Part shown: positions 9,931 to 18,642 of the stretch, in pieces
Layout: every line of letters begins with the position of its first letter
Numbering within the stretch: position 1 is the first letter of the stretch
Origin: Gammaproteobacteria bacterium
Lineage (GTDB): Bacteria > Pseudomonadota > Gammaproteobacteria > Eutrophobiales > Eutrophobiaceae
Direction of reading: 5' to 3'
Assembly: GCA_965116495.1 (NCBI GenBank)
Contig: OZ220696.1
Coordinates: forward strand, 1,312,001 to 1,376,000
Length of the DNA: 64,000 nucleotides
Notes under the pieces: model-generated
What the model was told of the DNA's origin: nothing
What the model saw: the letters and a program-made list of their open reading frames with translations, nothing else
Databases searched by the model: none
Made by a program: the position numbers and the translations under genes

Positions 9931-11994
9931 TTATCTCGCCGATACCTCTACCCGGGCATCGAAGGCGGCCTGCCCGGTGCTGAAGGGAAACAGGTTGACG
10001 GCGCTGTCCGGGATGCAGTTGGCGCCGGAGGTGAGATTGTTGAAACCGGGCCAGCCGTCATGCATGTATACGGTGCCCGGTGGCACGTCGCCGGTTACCC
10101 TGGCCAGGGCGTCACAGCCACCGCGCTCGTTGTGTATCCTGATCGGCATACCGTCCTCAAGCCCGCGCGTTGCTGCATCCCTGTCCGATATCCACAGGGT
10201 CGGCCCTTCCTCCAGCCGCTCGAGGGAAGGCAGAGCACGTCCATGGTCGTAGAACGCATGAAAATGCGTCAACATCCTACCGTTGCGCAGTTCCAGGGGA
10301 AAACCTGACGCAGGACGGGCCTGGTAATCCGGCAATGCCGGCAACCCGTGCTCAGCCGCCCGTTCGGAATAAAACTCGATCTTGCCCGACGGCGTTGCGT
10401 AACGGTGATCGATGTGCGCAACGTGGGAAATATTCAATTCGCCGATACCCCCCTGTTCGCGCAGGGAAGCAACGGTGGCATGACCGGTGCATGGATGATC
10501 CAGTACCGCGTCGATGTGACCGTTGTCTGCCTCCCACGGATAAAAGTCTTTAATCTCCAGCCGCGCGGCCAGGTCCCTGAGCAGTGCAGTCATGGAACGG
10601 GTCTCACCGGCCGGCGGCAGGGCCTGTTCCATGAGATACAGGTGCGTGTGAGTGCCTTTTACCCCTGTGTCTTCCAGCCACGCCGTTGCCGGCAACATGA
10701 TATCCGCATATCGCCTGCTCATATCATTCATAAAGAGATCATGACAAACGATCATGTCCATTTGCGCCAGGCCCTGTTCCAAGCGTGTTGCATCGGCGTA
10801 GGACGACAACATGTTGGTGCCGAGCAGCAGGAAGGCGCGTATGCGGCCTGCTGTTATGGCATCAAGGATGGCCGGCATCTGGTTGGGGATGTAATCGCCT
10901 GGCGGGCGGGCCCCGAAATTCAGAATATGTTGCGTGGCAAAGCCATGGGACATGGCGGCATGCCTGGGTCCCAGACCACAGCCCGGTTTGCCGGATTTTC
11001 CGGTGAGTGGCGGCAAACAGGATACTGCCCGGCTAGCCTGCCAGCCGTTCTGATCCTTGTATATGGAACTGCCGCCCAGCAGGATCATCGCACGCACCGT
11101 AGCGGCGTAATCACGGGTGAATCCACGTATCCGGCCTGCATCGATAGCGGTAATCGCTTCAGCCCATTCCGGGGTAAATCCCTGAACATGTCCGGTTAAT
11201 TGCGCAAAGCCGATCGTGTGGTTGTCGATGAATTCCTTATCATGCAGGCCTTCGGTAATGATTACGTGCATCATGGCCAGCGCCAATGCCGCATCTGTTC
11301 CGGGCCTGACTAAGAAATACTCGTCCGCAAGGCGGCATGCCTCAGTCACACGCACATCGATTACAACCACCCTGGCGCCGCGCCGTTTTGCCGCGCTAAT
11401 ATGCCTGCCCGTATTCGGCTGACTGGCGATGTTTGCGCCCCAGAGGATGATCAGGTCCGAGTGCTTTCCCATATCTTCCTTGGTGTTCGCCTCCAGCATC
11501 CCGGTAAGGCCCAGGCCGAAACCACCCAGGCCCCAGCAGATCATGCTGGGATCCCACCACTGGCAACCATACATATTGCCGAACCTCAAAGCCAGTTCGG
11601 CATGGGCGAAAGTGCCGTAATCATTGGCCAGCGCGCCGTGCCCGGGCCACAGACCCACGGCTTCGCGGCCGGCGCTGCGGAAACCGGCAACGATACGGTC
11701 CATGGCCTCGTCCCAGCTAACCCTGCGCCAGTCACCAGTCCCGCGCGTCTCGCGCACCATGGGATATAACAGGCGCCGGGGATTATCGATGATTTCATGG
11801 GCAGCCTGGCCCCGTACACACAGGAACCCCCGGCTGTCCGGGTTCTCCTTGTCCCCCCTCGTTTCGACAAGACGATCACCTTCCACGGTGGCCAGCATCC
11901 CGCACAGCGTGGGGTGGCAATTCATGGGACACATGGTGCGGATGGTGCGGATGGTGCGGCGTGTATTCGAGTTGTTGTCACTCATTGCTGTCAA
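9931..11994 (-). CDS. MopB (DMSO-reductase family) molybdopterin oxidoreductase, probably cytoplasmic
   Basis: 4Fe-4S motif CPMNCHPTLC...GFLCVRG, WGAN, RPGTDAALALA, YADIMLPA; no Tat consensus. Confidence 0.9.
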   Translation of the reverse strand: MTAMSDNNSNTRRTIRTIRTMCPMNCHPTLCGMLATVEGDRLVETRGDKENPDSRGFLCVRGQAAHEIIDNPRRLLYPMVRETRGTGDWRRVSWDEAMDRIVAGFRSAGREAVGLWPGHGALANDYGTFAHAELALRFGNMYGCQWWDPSMICWGLGGFGLGLTGMLEANTKEDMGKHSDLIILWGANIASQPNTGRHISAAKRRGARVVVIDVRVTEACRLADEYFLVRPGTDAALALAMMHVIITEGLHDKEFIDNHTIGFAQLTGHVQGFTPEWAEAITAIDAGRIRGFTRDYAATVRAMILLGGSSIYKDQNGWQASRAVSCLPPLTGKSGKPGCGLGPRHAAMSHGFATQHILNFGARPPGDYIPNQMPAILDAITAGRIRAFLLLGTNMLSSYADATRLEQGLAQMDMIVCHDLFMNDMSRRYADIMLPATAWLEDTGVKGTHTHLYLMEQALPPAGETRSMTALLRDLAARLEIKDFYPWEADNGHIDAVLDHPCTGHATVASLREQGGIGELNISHVAHIDHRYATPSGKIEFYSERAAEHGLPALPDYQARPASGFPLELRNGRMLTHFHAFYDHGRALPSLERLEEGPTLWISDRDAATRGLEDGMPIRIHNERGGCDALARVTGDVPPGTVYMHDGWPGFNNLTSGANCIPDSAVNLFPFSTGQAAFDARVEVSAR

Positions 11995-12018
11995 CCATGT
12001 ACAGATAATGGCAACGGT

Positions 12019-12651
12019 TCACTTCACCTGCAGCAGATAAGATGATTGCGGAATAGTATAGCCTTTTACTACCGTTTCGGTTGTCTCCAGAAATTCCACA
12101 TCACACCACGGTTGGTACAAGGACCTGACTTCATCGTCATAGACCGGATGGGGCGGCGGGCTGAACAGCTCTTCTTCATGGGCCAGGGTAAGCATCAGGG
12201 TCTTGGCAGGCGGTTGCAGCAGGGCTTTCAGCTTACCCACATACCGGATACGCATTGCGGGGGGTAACGCAATCAAAGAACCGCGGTCAAACACCGCCAC
12301 CACGTCGTGCAGCAAGGCGGGCGTCAATGAAAAGAAATCCCCGCATAAAATCTGAATGCGATCCGACCTGTAGCGGGTAAACGGCCCGACTCCATCCTGC
12401 GCGGCATCCAGATCGTGTTCGCTGAAAAATGACTGTACCGCGAATTCGCTCAACTCGACTCCCAGTACCTCATAACCCTGTTGCGCCAGCCACAACATAT
12501 CCTTTGATTTACCGCACATCGGTACAAACACCCGGGCAGCAGCCGGAAGGTCAAGCCTGTGCCAATGCCTGAGCAACGGCGGGTTGTAATCTTGCTGGTG
12601 GAAACCGAGGTCACCGATTTCCCACCTTTCATGCCAGAATTGATGTTCCAT
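12019..12651 (-). CDS. tpm: Thiopurine S-methyltransferase
   Basis: FWHERW..GFHQ, VFVPMCGKSKDM, GVELSEFAV, DRGSLIALP. Confidence 0.92.
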   Translation of the reverse strand: MEHQFWHERWEIGDLGFHQQDYNPPLLRHWHRLDLPAAARVFVPMCGKSKDMLWLAQQGYEVLGVELSEFAVQSFFSEHDLDAAQDGVGPFTRYRSDRIQILCGDFFSLTPALLHDVVAVFDRGSLIALPPAMRIRYVGKLKALLQPPAKTLMLTLAHEEELFSPPPHPVYDDEVRSLYQPWCDVEFLETTETVVKGYTIPQSSYLLQVK

Positions 12652-12782
12652 GGTTCGGGATTATACCAACACCTGTTTATTTTCGCTTTCAGTTTAAAGG
12701 CGGGCCTGATTTTTGCCGCAGGGCAACCGCATACTTTTGGATTGTGCCGCAAAGGACTGACATGAGGCAGGAAAAGGCCGTC

Positions 12783-12879
12783 CGTCATTCCGGCGAATGC
12801 CGGAATCCAGTGAACAAACCAACCTGTTACCATAAAGAAGCATTTTTTTGACTGGATTCCGGCACTCGCCGGAATGACG
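12783..12879. repeat. Inward-facing REP/dRS3-like palindrome pair; right copy lies inside the sulfatase 3' end
   Basis: cgtcattccggcgaatgccggaatccagt (12783-12811) and actggattccggcactcgccggaatgacg (12851-12879). Confidence 0.85.
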
Positions 12880-14326
12880 ATAGGTCGGATTCAAAAGTAT
12901 GCGGTTGCCCTGATTTTTGCTGCGGTCTGAATGGATCCGCTTCTATTGATGACAGTGTAAGCTTAAAGAAATCATTCAGCTGCTGTGCCATGCTCGGGTT
13001 TTCCTTCAGCAAATTAAACAGCTCAAGAGGATCCTCGTCCAGATTGTAGAGTTCCCTGGCTTCCCTGTTACTGTCCAGCAGCAGCTTCCATTGGCCCTGC
13101 CGAACCGCGAATTCCAGGTCGGATACAGACGGCAATGCCCAGAAGGCGGAACGGGCCGGCATTTTTCCCCCGGCGAAAACCGGACTGATGTCCTGGCTGT
13201 CGATTGGACGGTCTGCAGGTATATCTCCACCCCCGATATTTGCCAGTGTTGCGAAGAAATCCGTACCGACGATGAATTCGTTCGATACTGTTCCGGGTGT
13301 GGTGACTCCCGGGTAGCGGACGATCGCCGGGACCTTGATCCCACCCTCGTACAGTAAGTGCTTGCGACCTCGCAAGCCGCCGGTTTCCCCGTATGCATTA
13401 ACCTCCCACCAATTAAACCAGTTCGCCGTTACCGGCCCGTTGTCACTGGCAAATACAACAACAGTCTCCTCGTCTATGGACAGGTCCTTCAGCAACTGCA
13501 GTACCCGGCCCAGTTGCGCATCCATGTAAGTGATATTTGCATAGTATTCGCCGGGACCGCGTGCAACGAGCTTGTCCTTCGGAATGCCGCCGCCGGATGC
13601 TATGGGGATTATCGGGCCATTGGTAAAATCCGAATATTGCTCATTGAATTCCGGTGGGTTCTCGATCGTCGTGTGCGGTTCCGCCATACTCAGGTACAGG
13701 AAAAAAGGCTTGCTCTTATCCCGGCCTTCCAGCCAGGCAATCGCCTCATCAGCATAAAGCTGTGCTGTGTACCCTGCCTGCATTTCCAACGCAACACCGT
13801 TGCGAAACAGGTTGGTCGGATTACGATTCGTAGGGATCTGAAACGCGTTATGGCCGTAGAAATAATCAAATCCCTGGTCACCCGGCTGCGCTTCGGCAGC
13901 GCTGCCCAGGTCGGAATTAAGATGCCATTTACCGATGAGCGCAGTCTGGTACCCGACTGCAGCCAGGACCTCCGCAAGCGTCACTTCCTCGGTACGCAGG
14001 TAGATACCTGAGCCCTCCGGTATCCAGGTGTCTATGCCGGTTCGATACGGGTGCCGTCCGGTCAGCAATCCTACCCTGGACGGAGAGCAGAGCGCTGACG
14101 GTGCATAGTAGTTCGTCAGCCGCAGCCCACCGGCAGCGAGCGCATCCAGGTTCGGCGTCCTGATGACAGGATGACCGTAACTTGCAAGATCCCCATAGCC
14201 GAGATCGTCGACGTAAATCAGGAGAATATTGGGTTGTGTAATTTCCTGCTGCCCGGATGCAAATCCTGGACAAGAAATACTCAATGCAATGACAATGAAG
14301 CGAAGCAGTCTACTTGTTCCTAACAC
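12827..14326 (-). CDS. Secreted Cys-type (formylglycine) sulfatase
   Basis: PNILLIYVDDLGYGD, CSPSR..LLTGR, GKWHL, SDNG, YEGG; N-terminal signal peptide. Confidence 0.93.
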   Translation of the reverse strand: MLGTSRLLRFIVIALSISCPGFASGQQEITQPNILLIYVDDLGYGDLASYGHPVIRTPNLDALAAGGLRLTNYYAPSALCSPSRVGLLTGRHPYRTGIDTWIPEGSGIYLRTEEVTLAEVLAAVGYQTALIGKWHLNSDLGSAAEAQPGDQGFDYFYGHNAFQIPTNRNPTNLFRNGVALEMQAGYTAQLYADEAIAWLEGRDKSKPFFLYLSMAEPHTTIENPPEFNEQYSDFTNGPIIPIASGGGIPKDKLVARGPGEYYANITYMDAQLGRVLQLLKDLSIDEETVVVFASDNGPVTANWFNWWEVNAYGETGGLRGRKHLLYEGGIKVPAIVRYPGVTTPGTVSNEFIVGTDFFATLANIGGGDIPADRPIDSQDISPVFAGGKMPARSAFWALPSVSDLEFAVRQGQWKLLLDSNREARELYNLDEDPLELFNLLKENPSMAQQLNDFFKLTLSSIEADPFRPQQKSGQPHTFESDLSSFRRVPESSQKNASLW

Positions 14327-14362
14327 TATGGAGTCAGACCCTGCAAGACTTGCATATGAGAG

Positions 14363-15895
14363 TTAAACCGGTCCGACCCCAAACAACCTGTCCAGGTGTC
14401 TCTGCTCAGGGCGTCGATTAGCGGTGGTTTGACTGACAAGAAGGTAGACAAGAACGGAGACGATAAACGCGGGTATCACTTCATGGATGTCCTGTAAGGC
14501 GGGGAACTGGAAGCGGAACGCGAAACGCCAGATCACGCAACTCAGTATGCCGGCCAGCATGGATGCAAGCGCCCCCATGTCGGTACCCCAGCGCAGGTAG
14601 AGCCCGCCGAAGATTGCCGGGAAGAAACTGGCTGCAAATACGGCTCCTGAAAAGGCGGTCAGTTCGACAATACCGGCCGGTGGATGGAGTGTGAATACGT
14701 ACAGCAGAATACTGTAGCCGAAGATTGCCCATTTGGTGCGCGGCACCAGCCTGCTCTTTTCCATAGGTCTTGCGACGTGCCAGATATCCTGGATGAAGGC
14801 GGTGCCGACGATAAGCATTACCGCTGCCAGCGACGACATGCCGGCGGCGAACAGTCCCGCCACGCAGATGCCGCTTACCCATGGGTCATCGAACTTCGCC
14901 AACATAAAGCCCACAACCTCGTCCGTATTCCGCACCAGGTAAGCCGCTTCCTGTTCCGTCGCCATGCCGTGCACCAGCGCACCCAGTCCCATCACGCAGA
15001 TCAGGGAGATGCCAAGAAAAACAGGCGTCCAGATCATTGCAAATTTCATGCTGCGGGCATTGTCGATGGAATAAAACCGGATCAGACAGCGCGGTTCTGC
15101 GATTTGCTTCATACCTACGGCAAGACCGATGCCGAGGATATAAAAGAACGAGACCAGTTGTCCAAAAGTCACCAATCCGTTGCCCATGGGTTGTCCGAAC
15201 CGGTCCGGATGTGTCGTCTCGGCAATCCGGCCCATCAGTTCAGCCGGACCGCCGACATAGATGAAAGGCACCATGACGAGGATGATGGCCACGGCGAACA
15301 TCATGATCCCCTGTACGGCGTCGGTCCATAACACGCCGTACATGCCGCCCCAGACAGTGTAAGAAGTGGTGATCAGGATCATAAACGCCGTGCCCCAGGC
15401 ATAGGGTACGTCGAGTACTGCCGTCAGCACATGGCCCAGCCCCTTGGTAATACCCACCATGTACCAGAGCGTGGCAAACAGGATCACCACGGCCGACAGC
15501 ACCCGGATCGACTTCGACAGGGACGATCTATAACGCAGGTGGAAATAATCGGGGATGGTGTAGGAGCCGAGCAGCGCGGTCTGGTTGCGCATGCGTGGGC
15601 CCAGCACCAGCCAGGAGATGACGCAGAAGATGGCCCAGATCAGCCCGACCCAGGCCCAGGACAGACCATACTGGAAGGCCTTGCCCGCCTGCCCTATGTA
15701 GGTATTGGTGCTGGCAAAGGTGGAGAAAAATGCAAGCGAGACAACCCAGCCGGGTATTTCCCGTTTGGCGACGTAAAAGGCCTGCACGCCTGCAGCCGCC
15801 CTGCTCCTGAAATACCAGCCGACACCCAGGCAAAAAACCAGGTACAGGACCATCAGGCCCAGGACAATGGCATGTCCGGCCAGGTATTCGATCAC
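14363..15895 (-). CDS. Sodium:solute symporter (PutP/PanF family)
   Basis: Multiple TM helices; YTIPDYFHLRY, GGMYGVLWTDAVQG, FAAGMSS. Confidence 0.92.
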   Translation of the reverse strand: MIEYLAGHAIVLGLMVLYLVFCLGVGWYFRSRAAAGVQAFYVAKREIPGWVVSLAFFSTFASTNTYIGQAGKAFQYGLSWAWVGLIWAIFCVISWLVLGPRMRNQTALLGSYTIPDYFHLRYRSSLSKSIRVLSAVVILFATLWYMVGITKGLGHVLTAVLDVPYAWGTAFMILITTSYTVWGGMYGVLWTDAVQGIMMFAVAIILVMVPFIYVGGPAELMGRIAETTHPDRFGQPMGNGLVTFGQLVSFFYILGIGLAVGMKQIAEPRCLIRFYSIDNARSMKFAMIWTPVFLGISLICVMGLGALVHGMATEQEAAYLVRNTDEVVGFMLAKFDDPWVSGICVAGLFAAGMSSLAAVMLIVGTAFIQDIWHVARPMEKSRLVPRTKWAIFGYSILLYVFTLHPPAGIVELTAFSGAVFAASFFPAIFGGLYLRWGTDMGALASMLAGILSCVIWRFAFRFQFPALQDIHEVIPAFIVSVLVYLLVSQTTANRRPEQRHLDRLFGVGPV

Positions 15896-16026
15896 TTGCC
15901 TTCGCTCCCGTTTTCCCCTTCCTCCGGCTGTTCGCGGATGTGGATCGTCATGCGTGAAACGATCACGGCATTGACGATAATGACAATGATTATTCCCCAG
16001 TAGGGGAAGGCAGTCAGCAAATCCAT
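15892..16026 (-). CDS. Small single-TM protein (44 aa) coupled to the SSS gene; not in ORF track
   Basis: MDLLTAFPYWGIIIVIIVNAVIVSRMTIHIREQPEEGENGSEGK; its TGA overlaps the SSS GTG (GTGA). Confidence 0.65.
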   Translation of the reverse strand: MDLLTAFPYWGIIIVIIVNAVIVSRMTIHIREQPEEGENGSEGK

Positions 16027-16274
16027 GATCGGCTCAATACGATAACTGAAATAAGGAATTCAGGGGGTTTACCCAGTGCGATCAGGCCAATATATCACGC
16101 TGTTAATATAACTCAAGATTTAAGGAAACTGACTTAAGCGGCTACAAAGTCTATTTCTGGCGAACTCGAAATCAAAGTGATCCCTTCTATCAGGACATCT
16201 GTCATCTGTCTTGCAGGACACCGGGCCATTGTGTTACCTTTTACAATACCAATTCAGCATAGGAGAACGTCATC

Positions 16275-16880
16275 ATGGAAAATGAACTGCATCGAGAGCC
16301 CGCCACCCCCGAAGAAATCTGGAATATCCTGCGCACCTCATCGGAGAAATCAGCCCGCGAGATGGAGGAGATCCGAAAGCAGATGAAGGAAACCGACCAG
16401 CGGATTAAGGAGACCGATCGGCAGATGAAGGACACCGACCGGCGGTTGAAGAAGCTGGATGAGTTGTTTAACAGTCAGTGGGGCAAGTTGATGGAGAGTC
16501 TGGTGGACGGGGACCTGGTGGCTTTGCTTCAGGAGAAAGGGATAGCCGTGAGTCGGACTCACACCAATGTGAAGGACAAATGGGATGGCCTGCATTACGA
16601 GTTTGATATTCTGGCGGTGAACGGTGAGGAAGTAGTAGTAGTGGAAGTGAAGACCACGCTACGGGCCGAGGACGTGACGCATTTTCTGGAGAAACTAGGC
16701 CACTTCACGGAGTGGGTGCCGGAATACAAAGGAAGGAAGATATTGGCTGCGGTGGCGTACCTGAAGGCAGATTCTACTATCAGGAAGCATGCGGAGCGGC
16801 AAGGTTTATATGTCATCCGGGCCACCGGCAGCAGCGCCAGTATCATCAACGAGCCGAACTTCCGGCCCCGGGTGTTTTAG
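16275..16880 (+). CDS. Coiled-coil plus PD-(D/E)XK nuclease-like protein (DUF3782-like)
   Basis: Heptads QMKETDQ/RIKETDR/QMKDTDR, WGKLMESL, EFDILAVNG..VVEVKT; RBS aggaga. Confidence 0.75.
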   Translation: MENELHREPATPEEIWNILRTSSEKSAREMEEIRKQMKETDQRIKETDRQMKDTDRRLKKLDELFNSQWGKLMESLVDGDLVALLQEKGIAVSRTHTNVKDKWDGLHYEFDILAVNGEEVVVVEVKTTLRAEDVTHFLEKLGHFTEWVPEYKGRKILAAVAYLKADSTIRKHAERQGLYVIRATGSSASIINEPNFRPRVF

Positions 16881-17063
16881 GGGAAATAAATCTGTCCCCT
16901 TTTATGTGATATCGACCTGGCGGGCGATGCCACCTTGCGTATGGGCGGAAAGTTTATCGACCAGATGCTTGCCGCAGCAAAACTGGTGTAGTTACATTGT
17001 AGTCTTGACTGTAGTTTCATGCGTGACTATACTGTAAACAATCTGAACCGGCAGGAGATTTTT

Positions 17064-17318
17064 ATGGAATTAGCACTGCGTCAGGCAAAAGCGCGCCTTT
17101 CTGAACTTGTCGCTGCCGCCCAGGGTGGTGAGCGTGTGATTATCACGAAGCATGGAGAACCGGCGGTCGAACTCGTTCGCTTTCGCAGACGGGGCGGAAT
17201 CGATTTTGAAAAACTGGACGGGGCGAGACAACGCCTTGGACTAAAAAACAACGATACGAGATGGCCTGAGGAATTTGACAACCCGGCGTTCAGCCGCAGG
17301 GTCCTGGGAATTGAGTAG
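17064..17318 (+). CDS. Phd/YefM-family antitoxin
   Basis: MELALRQAKARLSELVAAAQGGERVIITKHGEPAVELV; RBS caggag. Confidence 0.88.
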   Translation: MELALRQAKARLSELVAAAQGGERVIITKHGEPAVELVRFRRRGGIDFEKLDGARQRLGLKNNDTRWPEEFDNPAFSRRVLGIE

Positions 17319-17332
17319 GCTGCGTCCGACCC

Positions 17333-17728
17333 ATGCGGATTCTACTTGACACTTCCTACCTCTACCGGTTGATGACGCAACCCGCGCGTCTATCCGACGC
17401 TGAGCGGTTGATCCTGACGAACCAGACGCTACAGCTCTACGTGAGCGCCGTGTCGATCTGGGAGATGAGACTGAAATTCCAGAGCTTTGAGCGATCCGGC
17501 AAACGAAAGAGTCCGTTCGACCCAAATCTCGTGCTCAGCCTGCTTGAAGATCAGGACATCATTTTCCTGCCTATAACCCCAAGTCACGCGGCCCGACCAT
17601 TGGAGACTCCCGTTCTCCATAAAGACCCGTTCGACGAAATGCTGCTCGTACAGGCCCAGGAAGAGGGCCTCAAACTCCTTACCGTCGATCGTCAGATAAC
17701 AGGGCATCCATTAGCAATCAGGGCTTAA
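17333..17728 (+). CDS. vapC: VapC PIN-domain toxin
   Basis: MRILLDTS, SAVSIWE, HKDPFDEMLLVQA, LLTVD. Confidence 0.9.
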   Translation: MRILLDTSYLYRLMTQPARLSDAERLILTNQTLQLYVSAVSIWEMRLKFQSFERSGKRKSPFDPNLVLSLLEDQDIIFLPITPSHAARPLETPVLHKDPFDEMLLVQAQEEGLKLLTVDRQITGHPLAIRA

Positions 17729-17859
17729 CGAGAAGAGGGATTCTCCTGTTACGTATTTTACCGTGGTTCCACTGCCCTTTATATGGGCGATATTACAGTT
17801 CTGCCAATCGAATATGCTTTGAAACATCTTGAACAGATATTGAATAATACGGTGCTGGA

Positions 17860-18630
17860 TTAAGCCACTTCCCGTTGTTTCATCACCCCTGGAAAACCCG
17901 GCATGTCGTAGCCGGCCAGTCCCTTGATGTCCGGCAGGGGCCAGGTTCGCTTGCTGTGACTGAGACCGGTTTTTACCAGGGCGTCGGCGGTATGGACCGC
18001 TAACGGAATTGGATCAATCACAGGCACGTCCAGTCCCGCGTCCAGCAAGCCTCTGCGCATGGCCACCGCGCAGCCAAGGAAGCCGGTACAACCGAGGATT
18101 AACGCGTCTGCGCCCTCTTGCTGCACGGAAACTACGGCTTTTTCCGTTAATGCTTCGTTGAGTTTCGCCGGATCATGGCTGATGTCCAATACGGGTATGT
18201 CGATGGCCTGGAAGGAAGCATAATTAGCGTTGATCCCGTATTTTGACGCTATGTTGTCGATCAGGGGACGCAGGCGTCCCAGTACCGTGATAAAACCAAA
18301 ACGGTGCGCAAGCAGACTGGCCGTGTACATCGCAGTCTGGCAGGGCCCCAGCACCGGGATGGAGACGACCTCGCGGCAGGCGTCCAGTCCCGGGTCCCCC
18401 ATGCAGTCAATTACGATGGCGTGCGCGCCGTTCCGCTCCGCTTCTATGGCCTTTTTAATGGTATCCGGAATGCTCAGGGCCTCATCGAATTCGGATTCTA
18501 TTGACGCGGGACCTTTGTCCAGGATGGAATGCCGCACTTCAAGGTCCGGACGCTCCAGTTCCCTGACATCGTCAAGTTGCCGGATCCCTCTTGTTATAAT
18601 GGGCGTAATTATTTGAACGATGGTTTTCAT
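17860..18630 (-). CDS. Asp/Glu/hydantoin racemase family protein
   Basis: GPASIE, IDCMGDPG, ILGCTG, PVIDP. Confidence 0.9.
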   Translation of the reverse strand: MKTIVQIITPIITRGIRQLDDVRELERPDLEVRHSILDKGPASIESEFDEALSIPDTIKKAIEAERNGAHAIVIDCMGDPGLDACREVVSIPVLGPCQTAMYTASLLAHRFGFITVLGRLRPLIDNIASKYGINANYASFQAIDIPVLDISHDPAKLNEALTEKAVVSVQQEGADALILGCTGFLGCAVAMRRGLLDAGLDVPVIDPIPLAVHTADALVKTGLSHSKRTWPLPDIKGLAGYDMPGFPGVMKQREVA

Positions 18631-18642
18631 CGGGGGGTGCTC

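Noticed and set aside
9931-11994. Selenoprotein or Tat-exported molybdoenzyme
   Set aside because: No in-frame TGA; the TRRT segment lacks the RRxFL consensus and a hydrophobic region
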